DNA from: Phyllobates terribilis | Lineage: Eukaryota | Direction of reading: 5' to 3' | DNA length: 64,000 nucleotides | Assembly (NCBI RefSeq): GCF_046119375.1 | Contig: NW_027362763.1 | Location: 329,468,001 to 329,532,000, forward strand | Shown here: positions 25,982-39,646 of the stretch, piece by piece | Numbering within the stretch: the first letter of the stretch is position 1 | Layout of the letters: every line of letters begins with the position of its first letter | Made by a program: the position numbers and the translations under genes | The notes under the pieces: model-generated | Databases searched by the model: none | The model's input: only the letters and a program-made list of their open reading frames with translations | Told to the model about the DNA's origin: nothing

Positions 25982-26963
25982 CATGATATCTTCAGAGTCC
26001 TGGCTCTTGGGTTTGGTAGGGTCCCAGTGGTCGGAACCCCAACAATTATGAGGTTATTTCCTATCCTACATGTAGGGGATAACTTTGTAACTTGAGTATA
26101 CCCTTTTCAGTTCCTTTCACCATAATAAATGTCTAGTGCTAACTACTTAACTCCTGAGAAAATAAGTGGTCCATTGTATAACACCCACCTGTATTCCTAG
26201 ACAATGAAACACTATGCAGTTATCTAGTCATATGTGCGCTGCACAGGAAAAGGAAATCAATGCAATAAACTAGCATGTTAGCCTTAATGTGATGAGTCTA
26301 ATATCGACATTTTACATCTATTCACGTGTTAAAGTGCAGTGAAAAGGCCTGTAAGAACAACACTGAGACTCTGCTGGGAATATGGGAGCTGTTACTAAAA
26401 CTGTATGGAACCACCCACAGGCCACGGCCATGACTCATGCTTGTTATGTATTCCGGCTTTCATGGCTCTTCTCTGAATACCACACAGAGTTAAAGCTGTT
26501 GAGCAGCACTTTACCCATTCAGGCTGCATTCAATGAATGCCAACGACTAAATTGATTTTTTATTCAAGAGGTTCTGCTCCTCACTACCTGCAGTCTATCT
26601 CTGTGCAGGAAAGCCTCTGTCTATTTTTATTGGTATTGTTTATTGGGAAATATACTGTTTATATACTTATAGTCAATAAACCGGTATAATACATATGTAT
26701 CACTAAGGGTGTGTATATTCATTTATGACATTTAATTGTACTTGTTTCTTTTTTTCTTTTATTTCTGCACATTTTTTGTATTTTTTTATGATTTTATAAT
26801 GTATTAATTATTAATTAACGCGTAAGGAAGCCAATTTTTTCATTTTCCATTCCTTCTTCATCTCATTCCAAGAGCCATAACTTCTTTTATTTTTTCCATC
26901 TATGTAGCCGTATAAAGGCTTAATTTTTTTTGGCAGGATAAACTGTACTTTTTATTGACACCA

Positions 26964-28290
26964 TCTAATATATATAATTGTCTTATCCCGTCTGTCTGTC
27001 TGTCTGTCTGTCCAGGAAATCCCGTGTCGCTGATTGGTCCGGCCGCGGCCAATCAGCGACGCGGCATTTCAGAAAAAGATGGCAGCCGTTAGCGCACGGA
27101 GGTCAGCCTCCGACCGGAGGCGCCGCTGACCTCCATGCGGCTACCGTCGGGAGATCAGCGTCTACAGCCGCTTTTCTCCCGACGGCAAGTGTGACGCCCC
27201 TCCCGTCCCCTCTCCTCCCCTCCCCTCCTCTCCTCTTCCCTCTCCTCTCCTCCCGTCCCTCCTCCCGCTCGCTCAGGACCCCGGCACCCGGCGCCATACT
27301 TACCCCTCCCCGTGCCTCCGCAGCAGGTCCTGCATCTTCCGCTGCTGCTCTGTGACGTCTCAGGTCAGAGGGCGCGGTGACGTCTTTACACCGCGCTCTC
27401 TCCTGAGCGGTCACAGCGCAGAGCGGGAAGATGCCGGCTACGCTGGAGTCCAGAGCAGCAGCTGAGAAGTGAGGTGAGTATTGGATTTTTTTTTTTTATT
27501 GAATGGGGGCATAGGGCATTAAATGGTGGGGTGGGGGTGTGTGACATCGTGGAGGGGCTATTATAAGCCAGGGGGCATGTGACATCCTGCATGGGGCACT
27601 ATGGGGGGGATGTGACATCCTGCATGGGGCATTATAAGGGAAGGGGGGGATGTGACTTCCTGCATGGGGCATTATAAGGGAAGGGGGGATGTGACATCCT
27701 GCATGGGGCATTATATGGGGGGGATGTGACATCCTGCATGGGGCATTATAAGGGAGGGGAGGATGTGACATCCTGCAGTGACTTTCTGCATGAGGCATTA
27801 TAAGGGAGGGGGGTGTTTGACATCCTGCATGGGGCATTATAAGGGAGGGGGAGATGTGACATCCTGCATGGGGCATTATAAGGGAGGGGGGTGTGACATC
27901 CTGCAGTGACTTTCTGCATGGGGCATTATAAGGGAGGGGGGTATGTGACATCCTGCATGGGGCATTGTAAGGGAGGGGGTGTGTGACATCCTGCAGTGAC
28001 TTTCTGCATGGGGCATTATAAGGGAGGGGGGTGTGTGACATCCTGCATGGGGCATTGTAAGGGAGGGGGGGATGTGACATCCTGCATGGGGCATTATAAG
28101 GGAGGGGGGATGTGACCTCCTGCATGGGGCATTATAAGGGAGGGGGGGATGTGTCCTCCTGCATGGGGCATTATAAGGGAGGGGGGGATGTGACCTCCTG
28201 CATGGGGCATTATAAGGGAGGGGGGAAGTGACATCCTGCATGGGGCATATTCTAGAATACCCGATGCATTAGAATTGGGCCACCATCTAG
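26964..28290 (+). mobile_element. non-autonomous Helitron
   Basis: A|TC start (TCTAATATATATAATTG), CTAG|T end, subterminal hairpin CCCGATGC…ATTGGG at 28260-28279, no TSD. Confidence 0.75.
27530..28250. repeat. ~37-bp minisatellite inside the Helitron
   Basis: GTGACATCCTGCATGGGGCATTATAAGGGAGGGGGG units. Confidence 0.92.
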
Positions 28291-28404
28291 TTCTTTTAAT
28301 AATTTTGCAATTCTGACATTATTTTTGGTGTTTCATTTTTACCAGATTAGTACAATCATGACGATACAAAACAAGTATGTTTTTTCTTATTTTTTTAGTA
28401 GTTT

Positions 28405-29286
28405 AAGGCGCCACTCCAGCAGGTTTTTTATATTGCAGTGCTTTAATGGTGCTGTGAATCTAAGTTCCCTACACCCAGTACTATACTTACCTGCCACCAT
28501 CTTCATCTTTTATCGGCACCACTCTGGCCATCTTCTGGAGGTTGTGTTTGCTGGGTGATTCGGAAGTCACAACTCAATGTAAGTCTACAAGAGCCAGAAC
28601 GAGGCCATAACAAGGCTCTCATACTCTTATATTGAGACAATGTGACCGATACCTCTCAGTTCTGGTCAGTTAGAAGTTGCACTCACAAGATGGCGGCGTG
28701 GGAATAGAGTGGCGCTGATATCAGCTGAAGACAGCAGCTGGTAAGTGTAATACTAGGATTCGGGAACTTAGATCAGTAGCATCATTCTAGCGCTTAAAGG
28801 GGTTTTCCCACGAACTAATTAATTTTAATCAATAGATATTGGAGTAATAATAATTTCCACTATTGGATGTATTTAAATAAAATGCTCCTGTGCTGAGATA
28901 ATCTTATAAATGTGCCCCTGCTGTATACTGTGTAATGGCTGTGTCTGACTATGCTGGAACAAGGTCTGATCATACCACAGCTCCTGGGCGGGGGTGGGTG
29001 GGTGGAAAGCATACAGATATTACAGCAGGGGATCACAGCTGCTACTTTCTGTGAGGTAAAACATTTCCCTGCCTGTTTTTTAACAATGTTTTACTTCAAA
29101 GAAAGAATCAGCTGTGATCCCCTGCTGTAATGTCTGAATACTCTCTTTTGCTTCCTCCCCTGCCCAGGAGCTGTGGTATGATCAGACCATGTTCCGTACA
29201 TGGCCAGACACAGCTGTTGTTTAAAATTAACTTTTGTTCATGGGAATACCCCTGTAAGTAAAAAACAAAAACGCTGGAGTGGGGCT
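28405..29286. mobile_element. T2-type MITE containing a nested T2-type MITE (28798-29253)
   Basis: Outer ends TTAAGGCGCCACTCCAGC … GCTGGAGTGGGGCT-TTAA; inner ends TTAA-AGGGGTTTTCCCACGAAC … GTTCATGGGAATACCCCT. Confidence 0.7.
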
Positions 29287-29511
29287 TTAAAAAAATCCAG
29301 AAGTTTGCAAAAAAATTAGATTTTTCGTTGTTGGGTTGTACAAGGACGTGTATTTTGTATGATGAGCTGTAATTTTTAATGGTACCATTCACAAAAAAGA
29401 AATATTCAGCTCACCCGATAAAAAAAAAGCTTTGAAGTCTCACAATATGCACTGACACTGAATCCCAGTTGGAAGGATGATTGAACACGTGAAAAAAAAG
29501 GTAATCTTGTC

Positions 29512-29777
29512 CAGCACTCAATCTCCCAACTCCCAAGTTCAAAAAAGAGCTTTATTGATCCTTTAAAAACAGGTCAGCCTGAGAAAAAAATCCTACGTGT
29601 TTCGAACCTAAAAATATGTATGGTTCTTAGCCATCACTAAGAACCATACATATTTCTAGGTTAGAAACGCGTAGGATTTTTCTCAGGATGTCCTGTTTTT
29701 AAACTTGTGTGTTTTCACATCTTTTTAGTGGATCAATAAAGCTCTTTTTTACTTTGAAATTTGGAGATTGAGTGCTG
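29512..29777. repeat. fold-back (inverted) repeat, probably a Penelope-like tail-to-tail remnant
   Basis: Arms CAGCACTCAATCTCC…TTCTTAG and CTAAGAA…GGAGATTGAGTGCTG; each arm carries GAAAC(G/A)CGTAGGAT. Confidence 0.6.
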
Positions 29778-31194
29778 TTATTGAGTTACTGTATTTTTTT
29801 GGAGAGGTGCAGTAACTGAAAAAATAGGAGTATTTTTTATTTACAGTATTTACCTTATTGGTTAAATAATTGAATATTTTGATAGATCAGACTTATTGAT
29901 GCAGCTATCGTAAATATGATTTTTTTTTAATCTATATTTAAAAGGGGAATATGTGGATGATTAGAATTGTTAGATTTTTTCATTTTCTTATTTTTTTTTT
30001 ACTTTTTATTTTACTTTTAACTGTATTTTTTTAGTCCACATAAGACACTTGATTTGATTATTTGTACTATGTATTATAATATTTTAGTATTGCAGTATAT
30101 AGTGAAAATTACAGTCTCCTATGAAGCTCAGTTAATGGCTTGGCTTCACAGGACTACCAAGATGGTGGCAATGGGGCCTTCGGCAGGCTCTTCACTCTTA
30201 TGGCAACCTATTGGCACCCTGTGGGCACTTGAACGTTCTCCCTGCTAAATTCACCCCAGTTAAATGTAGCTATGTTGCAGTCGGAGATAGCCTGTAACAT
30301 TTAAGTAGTTAGACAACAGCATTCAGTTAGTTCTGAACACTGCTGCTAGAGACAGGTGCTGGTTGTATAGCACAGCCGGCACCTGCCCTTTGTGGAGCAG
30401 AGTCAGTCTGCTCCATCTACTTGAAAATTCTCTATGATATAATCTTACGTAATGGGGCGAGAAATGGTTAAATAGTATCAGAGGGGGATTGTTACATTAA
30501 AAATGCAGTTCAATCTACAGGCAACATGTTACAGAGCAGGATGAGCAGAGAAGAAGGATAGTTTTATGGGAAAAGATTTAGCCGAACTTATTCATTTAAA
30601 TCACTGCTTATCCTGGGTTTTAAGTATAGTGGGCAGTACTAGTCAGTAAATGACAGCTGTCTCTATATGTACAAGGAAGGCTGTCAGTCACTGAATAGGA
30701 CCACCCACTGAAATGAAAAGTCCCGAATGAGCAGAAATATAAATAGCCTATGTAATTTGTATTGGATTGTAATCATTGAAGTAGTCACAGAGTGGCTAGC
30801 ACCAAGTTTCTCTGAGGTAGCCTTTTTGAGCTGAAAACCTCAAACAGACTCAACAAAAAACTCAAGAAATAAAGTTTGCAAGTTTTAAATTAGGTCCTGG
30901 AATTTTACCATTTTTTTCACTATAATAATCTGCCAGCTTCTATGTGCCCTCTCTGCATGGCACAAGGTTGTGGCCAAGTGTCTTGACTGATGGAGACGGA
31001 TACTGTCAGCAAAAACATCCAGCATCATGCCGTCAGCAGCGGATAGAAACACAATTGATTGTATGTAGAGAGCAACAACTGGTTAGGAGAACTACTGTTA
31101 TAATACCCATGGCACTCTGCGGCCTCTCTGCCTGTATCTCTGCTTCTTGTCCAGGAAGACCTTCATGTCAATCAAAGATATGGTGATCAACTAT

Positions 31195-31650
31195 ATACAG
31201 TAATATATTATATAGTAGGCAGTAGATTACCCCACATAAATAATATCTTATATAGTAATCAGTATATTACCCCATATAAATAATACCTTATATAGTAATC
31301 AGTATATTGCTCCATATGAAAATATCTTATATAGTAGGCAGTATAATAAATAATATCTTATCTAGTAGGCAGTATATTACCCCATATAATAATATCTTAT
31401 ACAGTAAGTACATTACCCTATATAAATAATATCTTATATTATAGGCACTATATTATCCCATATAAATAATATATTCTATATCAGGCAGTATTTTACCCCA
31501 TAGAATAATATCTTATACAGTACGTACATTACCCCATATAAATAATATCTATATAGTAAGTGGCATATTATTCTATTTAATAATATAATATATAGTAGGC
31601 ATATATTACCCCATATAAACAATGTATTGTATAGTAGGCAGCCCATATAT
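31195..31650. repeat. AT-rich ~40-bp minisatellite
   Basis: TATATTACCCCATATAAATAATATCTTATATAGTAGGCAG units. Confidence 0.88.
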
Positions 31651-32696
31651 AGCAATATTATTAACGCATTCCTTTTTACCCTTGAAGAGGAACGAGTCTG
31701 GAGAAACTGTGATGAAACAATTACTTTTAGTAACAGTATGATGAAAATACAAGCCTAGGATATATTTAACTTCATTGGAATAAATATATCTGCCAGCTTT
31801 TCATCTAAAAATAGTATTTAGAAAATGAAATGTGCCTGGAGAGAACAGACATGCAGAAGGAGACATGATTAGGGGTGGAATAAATTCAGGCTGATTAACT
31901 TCATTCTGGCCTTTTCTCTTTTCATATTGGCCCAATATCAATTGCTTGGTTGCAAAGTGAAGTAAACAACAACTGCTTCAGATACTTGTATAGAAAAACA
32001 ATAACCTAGAAGAATAATTCAGCATCACTCAGGATTCAGGCAGTGGGGATACTGTGTGCGCTTAAAGGTAATGTGTCAGCTGAGTAGACAAAGTCTGTGG
32101 AAAGTTTTTAAGGGTAACTAAACTTTGAAATAATTTTTGATGTGTTATAGCCCCTGTTCAGTACTGTGAATCAAGCGGTCCTGAGGTCTGCACTGATCGC
32201 TAAATCCAAGGGCCAGAAGCACTCAGCCGGCGAGTAGAGAGGAGTACAGGCTCAATAGAAGTCTATAGGTTCACACGCAGCTCTGCATTTGCTCTAGCCA
32301 AGCTGAGGGCTTTTGTTCCTTTGTCTCAGTGAACAACGCCAGTCTTGATGAGGGGGTGTGCTTGTTGTGCGTTTGCCTCTTCATGAATCAGGGACGTTGG
32401 ATAAGTGGCATACACCTTATTGTGCGCCTCACCAGAAATCCTACTCTAGTCCGTGCTGGAGTAAAATTTCTGGCACAGCAAACGCCTCTGCTCCTCAAGA
32501 ATTGGACGAGTGGCGGCCGCCACACCTCAGCCTGACTTTGCCCACTTTGTCGGAGCTGTGTGAAAATGGCGTAGAATGGCAAAAGTTGCAACATTTGATC
32601 GCAGACACGAGTTACACCAAAATTATCTGACTTTTCAAAGCTTTTTACGCTAGCTTAAAACCTTGATAAGTCGGGCTCTATGTCTTTGTCATTTAA

Positions 32697-34150
32697 CCCC
32701 CTAACGCACTATGACCAATATATCCGTCATAGAGTGTGCCAGGGACTTTGGTGCAGGCTTACAAGCAGAGCCCGCTCCACACAGGGCAGATTCTGGCTAT
32801 ATTTTATAGCTGGCATCTGCTTGTAACAGCAGCGATCAGTGCGTCCGCCTATCGCTGCTACAAACAGCTTAAATGCCATTTTCAATTCATGACAATGGTA
32901 TTTAAGCGCCGGACGTTAGTTCGGACGGCCATCGACTTCCCTGTGACACGATCGCAGGGAACTGATGGGTTGCTCTGACAGCTGGGGGCCAGTTGAATGC
33001 CCCCCGTGCCTCTCATATGATCTGTTCTATGACGTCCAGCCAGTGACTGGGCGTCATAAAAGACAGTGCTTTTTTACTACATACAGCAATATTGCAGTAT
33101 TGCTGTATATAGTAGAAGTGATCAGATGATCGCAGGTTCAATTCCCTTGAGAAGACTAACTAATAAAGTAAAAAGATTTTAAAAATATTAACAAAATGAA
33201 AAAAGATATACAAAATTGAATCCCCCTTCCTTTTCAAAAGTTAAAGTGATATTCTCATCTCCGAGATCCCATCCCAATATTTAGTAGGTGTAATAATAAT
33301 AATATTAGCAAATACCTCCAATTAGAAATGTAGTATAGTTCTTCCGATTCGCTATGTCACTTACCCTATGTGCAGGGCATTATAGTAGCTAAGGCATCCA
33401 TGGTTACGACCACTGGATAGTGGAGATATTATGGGATAGGATCTTGGAGATGGGAGTACACCTTCAACAATAAAGAAATGTAAAAAAATAAAAAAAAACA
33501 CATATTTAATATCAAGACGTCCAATAAACTCTGATCTATCTAAATATTAAATGAATTAAGACGATCTTTAAAAACTGTAATGTGAAAAAAAATCTAAATG
33601 TCAGAATTGCGGGTTTTTGGTTATCATAACTTCACAAAAAAATGCAGCAAGAAGTAATCAAGCATCGCATCTACCCCAAAGTAGTATCAATAAATCATCA
33701 GATCACTATGCAAAAAACAAGCTCTCTCACGGCTCCATTGACTTGAAAATAAAAATGTTTTGGAAAATGGCGACTCAAGCTAAATTTTTTTCTTTTTACT
33801 AATTTGTGAAATTTTTTTTCACCCCTAAAATAAAAATAAATATACGGAAGTTTGGTATTGTCATGATCGTACTGACCTGGAAGACCATATTTTTACAGCA
33901 AAATTGACGCCAAAAAAATAAAACGTAAAAAACTATTGTGGATTTGCGTTTTTTCGCATTTCCACTTCATTTGGGATTTTCTTTTCCCATTTTCTGCTAA
34001 ACCATATGATAAAATAGATGTCATTTAAAAGTATAATAAATCTCACAAAAAACAAGCCCTCTTTTGGCTTTGTCAGCTGGTTAAATAAAAAACTTATGGC
34101 TCTTGGAAGAAGGGAAGGGAAAAATGAAAGTGTAAGAATGAAGGATTGTT
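32697..34150. mobile_element. piggyBac-type non-autonomous fragment with nested T2 MITE (~33244-33466)
   Basis: TTAA-CCCCC left end; internal segments resemble 20502-21709; right boundary approximate. Confidence 0.5.
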
Positions 34151-34284
34151 CGGTCCTGAATAGGAATATTTTGGAAAATATTTCAATATTGTTTTTCATT
34201 TGGAGGAAGGAGATGGCAGGTCTTGTTGGGTCAGCAGCCATTATGAGAACGTGAAGACTGTGCAATCTGTGAGGAAAACGTTAC

Positions 34285-34872
34285 TAATAAGCGCTCCATG
34301 CTTCAGTACCCCCCTACATCTCCTCCCTTGTCTCAGTCTACCACCCTACACATGCCCTCCATTCTGCCAATGACTTAAAACTAAAATCCTCCATAATCCG
34401 AACTTCCCACTCTCGCCTCCAAGATTTCTTGCGTGCTGCACCAATTCTTTAGAATGCACTACCCAGGACAGTTCGATTAATTCCCAATACCCACAGTTTC
34501 AAGCAGACCCTAAAAACCCATTTCTCTAGACTGGCCTATCACCTCAACACACTTATCTAACTGTCCCAGTTTGGCCCATATTAAAATCTTCTTCAATTTC
34601 AGATTCATATCATCCATGCACTTAATAGCCTCGGTCAGGACTGTACACATACTGGCAAGCGATCAGTCCATGTATTATTATTTATCCTATTGAGTATATC
34701 AAGGCTGCATTATACAATATATGTACATTTTACCTTTAGTGTCGCCCCCATTTCCTCACTCCTTTTGATTTGAGATATGCTTATTCTTGTATGGTTTGTA
34801 TAAGTCCCCCCCTAAAATTGTAAAGTGCACAGAATATGTTGGCGCTATAAAAATAAAAATTATTATTATTAA
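34285..34872 (+). mobile_element. L2 LINE 3' fragment
   Basis: Degenerate ORF2 C-terminus (YHPT..L.SAND…SHSRLQDF…AAPIL.NALP…LKTHF) and tail GTAAAGTGCACAGAATATGTTGGCGCTATAAAAATAAA(ATT)n. Confidence 0.8.
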
Positions 34873-36569
34873 TAAGTGCAGGAGGAGAACCTGAAATACT
34901 CATAAATTAGCAAGTGCCTCAAAATCATGTCTCCAACACATCTGATAAAATAAAGTGCCAACCTCTTTAACCCCTTTACGATATCCGTCGTACATGTACA
35001 GCACTGCGTGAGGTGCGTTCCCACAAACCACCGTACATGTACAGCGTGATGATCACACGGGCTCACTCTGAATGCTGGCGTGATCAAAAGCGGGTGTCGG
35101 CACTATGCGAGAGCTGACACCCTGCAGCAATGCCCACGATCAGTGCTAGCATCAATAGTGACAGCGACATCGATTGGCATAGTAGAGGAAGGCAGCTCCC
35201 TCACTGCTCCGATCGGCACAACGCGATTGTGATAGTGTTGTGCCAATGGTCTGCATGGTGAGCCCGGGCCGAAAGATGTCCGCAGAGTCACCCATGTACG
35301 GTGGCCTTTAAGTTCCTACTCAGAACAGGAGCTGACACACCTCCTGTCAGTGTCTGATTCACTGATCTAATGCCCTGAAATGCATAAACATTTCAGAGTA
35401 TTAGATCAGCGACCAGGGCAAGGAAAGGTAAAAAAAAAGTAAAACAAACTTTTTAAAAATATTTGAAAAAAAAAATCACAAAATAAAGACCAAAAAAATC
35501 TATGTTAATCAAATAAATACATATACTTATGTAAAAACAAAAATAAACAAAGTACACATATTTGGTATCGCCTCTTCCAGAGTGACCTGACCTATAAATC
35601 CTGCGCTCTTACACCGGGGTTTCTGTGTAAACCTCCGAAATATGTGATTCAGGCGGACATAATCTGGTATTGCTGTAATCGCACCGACCCCAAGAATAAA
35701 GTCGTCTAATCACTGTACATCACGAGGAACAGCGTAAAAAATAAATAAAACCAATTCTTCACCTCCTGCTGATTTATCCATTCTGCCTCCCAAAGATCGC
35801 AGTATGGCTCGGCTCACATTTATCTGAGCGCTTACACCGTGGCTTCCATGTAAATCTCTGAAATATGTGATTCAGACGGAACCCCCAGCAGAAGATTCCC
35901 TATAATGAGGCACATTGAGGTACTGTGGATGCCATCTGGCCTATGAATCGGCGGTGTCCTTTTTTTAAGCATGCAAAAAAGTGCATGTTTTGCAGTTTTA
36001 TGCACCTCTGAAAGGACACCGCTGAAGAAAGGCCAAACGGAGTCCAGAGTAACTCTGCTGCCTCATTATAGTGAATGGATCCCTCGGGGGTTCATCTGAA
36101 TTATGTCACTCAGATTTAGATGGAAACACTGATGTAAGTGCTCAGCATAGAGCACAGGATAAATGTGATCCCAAACATGTAAAATGTTCCCAATAAAAGC
36201 TTCAATTCAATCCACAAAAAAAGCAAGTAACCACTCAGGTCCATCGTATGTCAATGGAAATGTAAGGGGCTTCCACATTACTGGTAGTACAAAGGCTCTA
36301 GAAAAGCAAAATGGCTTTTCACCCCCCAAAAGAAAGTCAGCAAATTCTGTGCTCCCAAATCCAAATGCCCCTCTCACTTCTGAGCCCCACAGTGTGCCTA
36401 AACTGCAGTTAGCATCCACATTTGGCATTTCAGTATCAAAGAGAGCCCGTTTGATTTATGGGGTCCATGTCTCCAGAAGCACGAGCAGTGCACTATGTAT
36501 GGGTACTACAATGTATGGCCACAACGTACTGGGCACTACAATGGCAGGTTTGCAATTTTCACTCAGCAA

Positions 36570-36880
36570 TAGTGATGCACGAGCGTGCTTGTTTAACCCT
36601 TTCACCGAGCATGCTCTTGTGCTTACCGAGTAGCTTCGGCGTGCTCGTATATTATGTCTGAGTCCCTGCATCTGCATGATTTACGGCTGTAAGACAGCTT
36701 CAACACATGCAGGGATTGCTTGTTTGTTAGCGAATCTTCACATGTGTTGAGACTGTCTTACAGCCGTAAATCATGCGGACGCCGGGACTAGGACACAATA
36801 TACGAGCACGCCGAAGCAACTCGATAAGCACCCGAGCATGTTTGGTGAAAGGGTTAAACGAGCATGCTCGCGCATCACTA
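36570..36880. mobile_element. fold-back MITE
   Basis: TAGTGATGCACGAGC … GCTCGCGCATCACTA with long internal inverted arms. Confidence 0.75.
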
Positions 36881-38836
36881 CTCAGCAAAATTCACTGCTG
36901 CTTGTTTCCGGCACACAACTGTGCAGTCAAAATCGGCACTACACCTGTAGATTAATTTCCAGTGGGATATACAAAATAAAATGTATACTTTTTATTATAT
37001 GTGTATTTATTTCCATGGTGGTCATTCACTCCTTATATGTAGACTTATGACTTTTTTGTGATTACTCACTCAGATTAAGTAATGGTTATACTTATTTACT
37101 TAGTTGTGTATTTCTAATTCCCAGAGCAGTGTAATTTCCAAAATGGGGACACTTGAGGGTGGATTCTGCTCTTCTGGCACTTAGGTGCTCTATATATGGA
37201 GCTCGCAAACTATTCTACGATTATTTGTTCTCCAAGAATCAAATAGTGCTCCATCCCTTCCGAGTCTCGCCGTGTGGCTAAGCAGTATGTACTGTACAGC
37301 CACATATGGGGTATTGCCATGTTCAGCAGAAATTGTGTGACAAATTTTGGTGCCATTTTTACCCATTTCTCCGTATGACAATGTAAAATTTGGGGCTACA
37401 ACAAAATTTTTGTGGTAAAAATGTAATTATTTTTTCTTCACCGCTCAATGGTATAAAATTCTGTGACATACCACACCCATGGTATCAATATGATCACTTC
37501 ACCCCTAGATCGATTCATTGAGAGGTGTAGTTTGTAAAATGAGGTCACTTATGTGGGGGCTCTGCTATTCTGGTACCTCTGGGGTTCTGCCACTGTGACA
37601 TGGCACTCTCAAACCAGACCAGCCAAATCTGCACTACCATATCATTCTCCTTCTGAGCTTTGCACTGTGGTATGAGGTATTAGCGTACTCAGGATAGATT
37701 GCGTAACATATTTTGTGGTCCAAATTCTTCTATTATTCCTTTTGAAAATTGAAAACTTGGGGCCAAAGTAACATTTTAGTGGAAAAAATGGTAATTTTCC
37801 ATTGACCTAGCCCAATGTTATACAATTCTGTGAATCGCTTGGGGGTTAAAAATGCTGACTACACAGTTAGATTAATTCTTCAAGAGGTGTAGTTTCCAAA
37901 ATGGGGTCACTTGTCGAGGTTTCTGCTGTTCTGGCATGTGAGGAGCTCTTCAAATGTGACATGTTATTCACAATCTATTCCAGTTAAAATTTCACTCCAG
38001 AATTCAATTGGCGCTTCTTCCCTTCCAAGACCTGCCGTGGGGAAATTGCACAACAAATTGTATGTTCCATTTTTTCCTATTACTCCTGTGAAAATGAAAA
38101 ATTTGGGGCTGAAGCAACATTTTTGCGGGAAAAATTTATTTTTTCATTTTCACGGCTCAACATTATAAAATTCTGTGAAGTGCTCACTACATTTCTATAT
38201 GTTTCTCGAGAGGTATAGTGTTCAAAATGGTGTCACTTATGAGAGGTTTCCACTATTTAGGCACATCAGGGCCTCTGCAAACACGACATGACGTCCTCTA
38301 TCTATTCCAGCCAAAAAGTCAAATGGCGCTCCTTCCATTCCAATCCCTGCTGTGCGCCCAAACTGTAGTTTTCCACCACATTTCCTGTTACCCTTGTGAA
38401 AATTAAATATTTGGGGCAAAAGGAACACGTTTGTGGGAAAAATGTATTTTTTCCTTTTTACAGCTCAACATTCTGAAATTCTGTGAAGCAACTGTGGGTT
38501 CAATATGTTCTCCACACCTCTAGATAAATTCCTCGAGGGCTGCAGTTTCCAAAATAGGGTCACTTGTAGGGGGTTTTCTCTGTTTCGGCCCATCAGGGGC
38601 TCTGCAAATGCGACATGGTGTTCCCTATCTATTTGAAATTTTCAAAATGAAAATTGTGAATTTTTTGCCAAAATTCCAATATTTTCACAAATAAATGCAT
38701 GAAATTTAAACCTAAATTTACCACTACATACAGTAAAGTACAATGTGTCACGAAAAAACAATCTCAGAATCACTGTTATTCATTGAACCATTCCAGAGTT
38801 ATTACCATATAAAATGACACTGGTCAGAACTGCTCA

Positions 38837-39263
38837 TGACCGTGTACGGCCAACCCGGGTTCCATAGTTCCGTAAGACCCCTCCCCATCTTACCGACCTC
38901 AAGTACCTTAACAAATAAAAACACTGCACCTGTAATTTCTTTGGATAAATTTGGCCACAGCGGCCATTTTATTAACCAACAACATTAACATATAAACATT
39001 ATTATTCAAATAAATAAGAAGGGAGGGTTCTTGGAGTTAAAAATTAGATCTGGCATAACTAAACCGAAATCGAACCACCGTATTACCCTCAGCCGTCCAT
39101 CACCAGCTCAAGGGCACCAAACAGCTCCCAGGGTAAAACCCCATCCAGAGCCCCAAAAACCAAATGCCAGATCACCCCGGTTAATCAAGCCACTGCCTGT
39201 AAATTTCCAATAACTTTCCCACCGACACTTCTGTGCCAACTCCAAGAACCCCACCCCCCGCCA
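38837..39263 (-). repeat. Ngaro repeat B2
   Basis: 427-bp direct repeat of 39647-40073 (offset 810); 3 mismatches seen. Confidence 0.92.
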
Positions 39264-39432
39264 AGCCACTGCGACATACCTTCTTACACAACTTTACATA
39301 ACACTTTTAATATAACCCAGTATAATGCACAACATCAAATAACCCTTTAATTCTTTCACGATAAACAACCACCCTTTTACCATTAATCACAAAATATACC
39401 AATGGAAAACAAAAAAGAGGGTGGGTGGGTGG

Positions 39433-39646
39433 GAACTTCTCTCAATGACTTCTTCCCTGGACTGCCCGTTTTCCCGCACTTTTCCCTATTATACCTCTTC
39501 CCCTCTTTACCCCACCCCCATCCAAATGCCAGCCCCTCCAAGCCTATATCCAATCCCGACCATTGGGATTTAAAAATTGCACCCTCCTGGCCAATCCCGG
39601 TCATGTGGGGCTTCCTTCTAGGTTCCCATGCCTCCAGCCCCCTTCT
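39433..39646 (-). repeat. Ngaro repeat A2
   Basis: 214-bp direct repeat of 45430-45643 (offset 5997); abuts B1; 3 mismatches seen. Confidence 0.92.

Larger units (their letters stand above)
21714..26104. mobile_element. T2-type MITE split by the LTR element (21714-21972 and 25982-26104)
   Basis: AGGAGTATTCTCAAGTTTGAAAGTTAT left end pairs with ATAACTTTGTAACTTGAGTATACCCT right end. Confidence 0.65.

Noticed and set aside
31150-31190. Strong polypyrimidine acceptor CTCTGCTTCTTGTCCAG
   Set aside because: No convincing donor downstream and no recognisable peptide.
31660-31720. CTTGAAGA…GAAAC as a possible hammerhead
   Set aside because: The core is not CUGANGA, and no stem I, stem III or NUH triplet could be formed.
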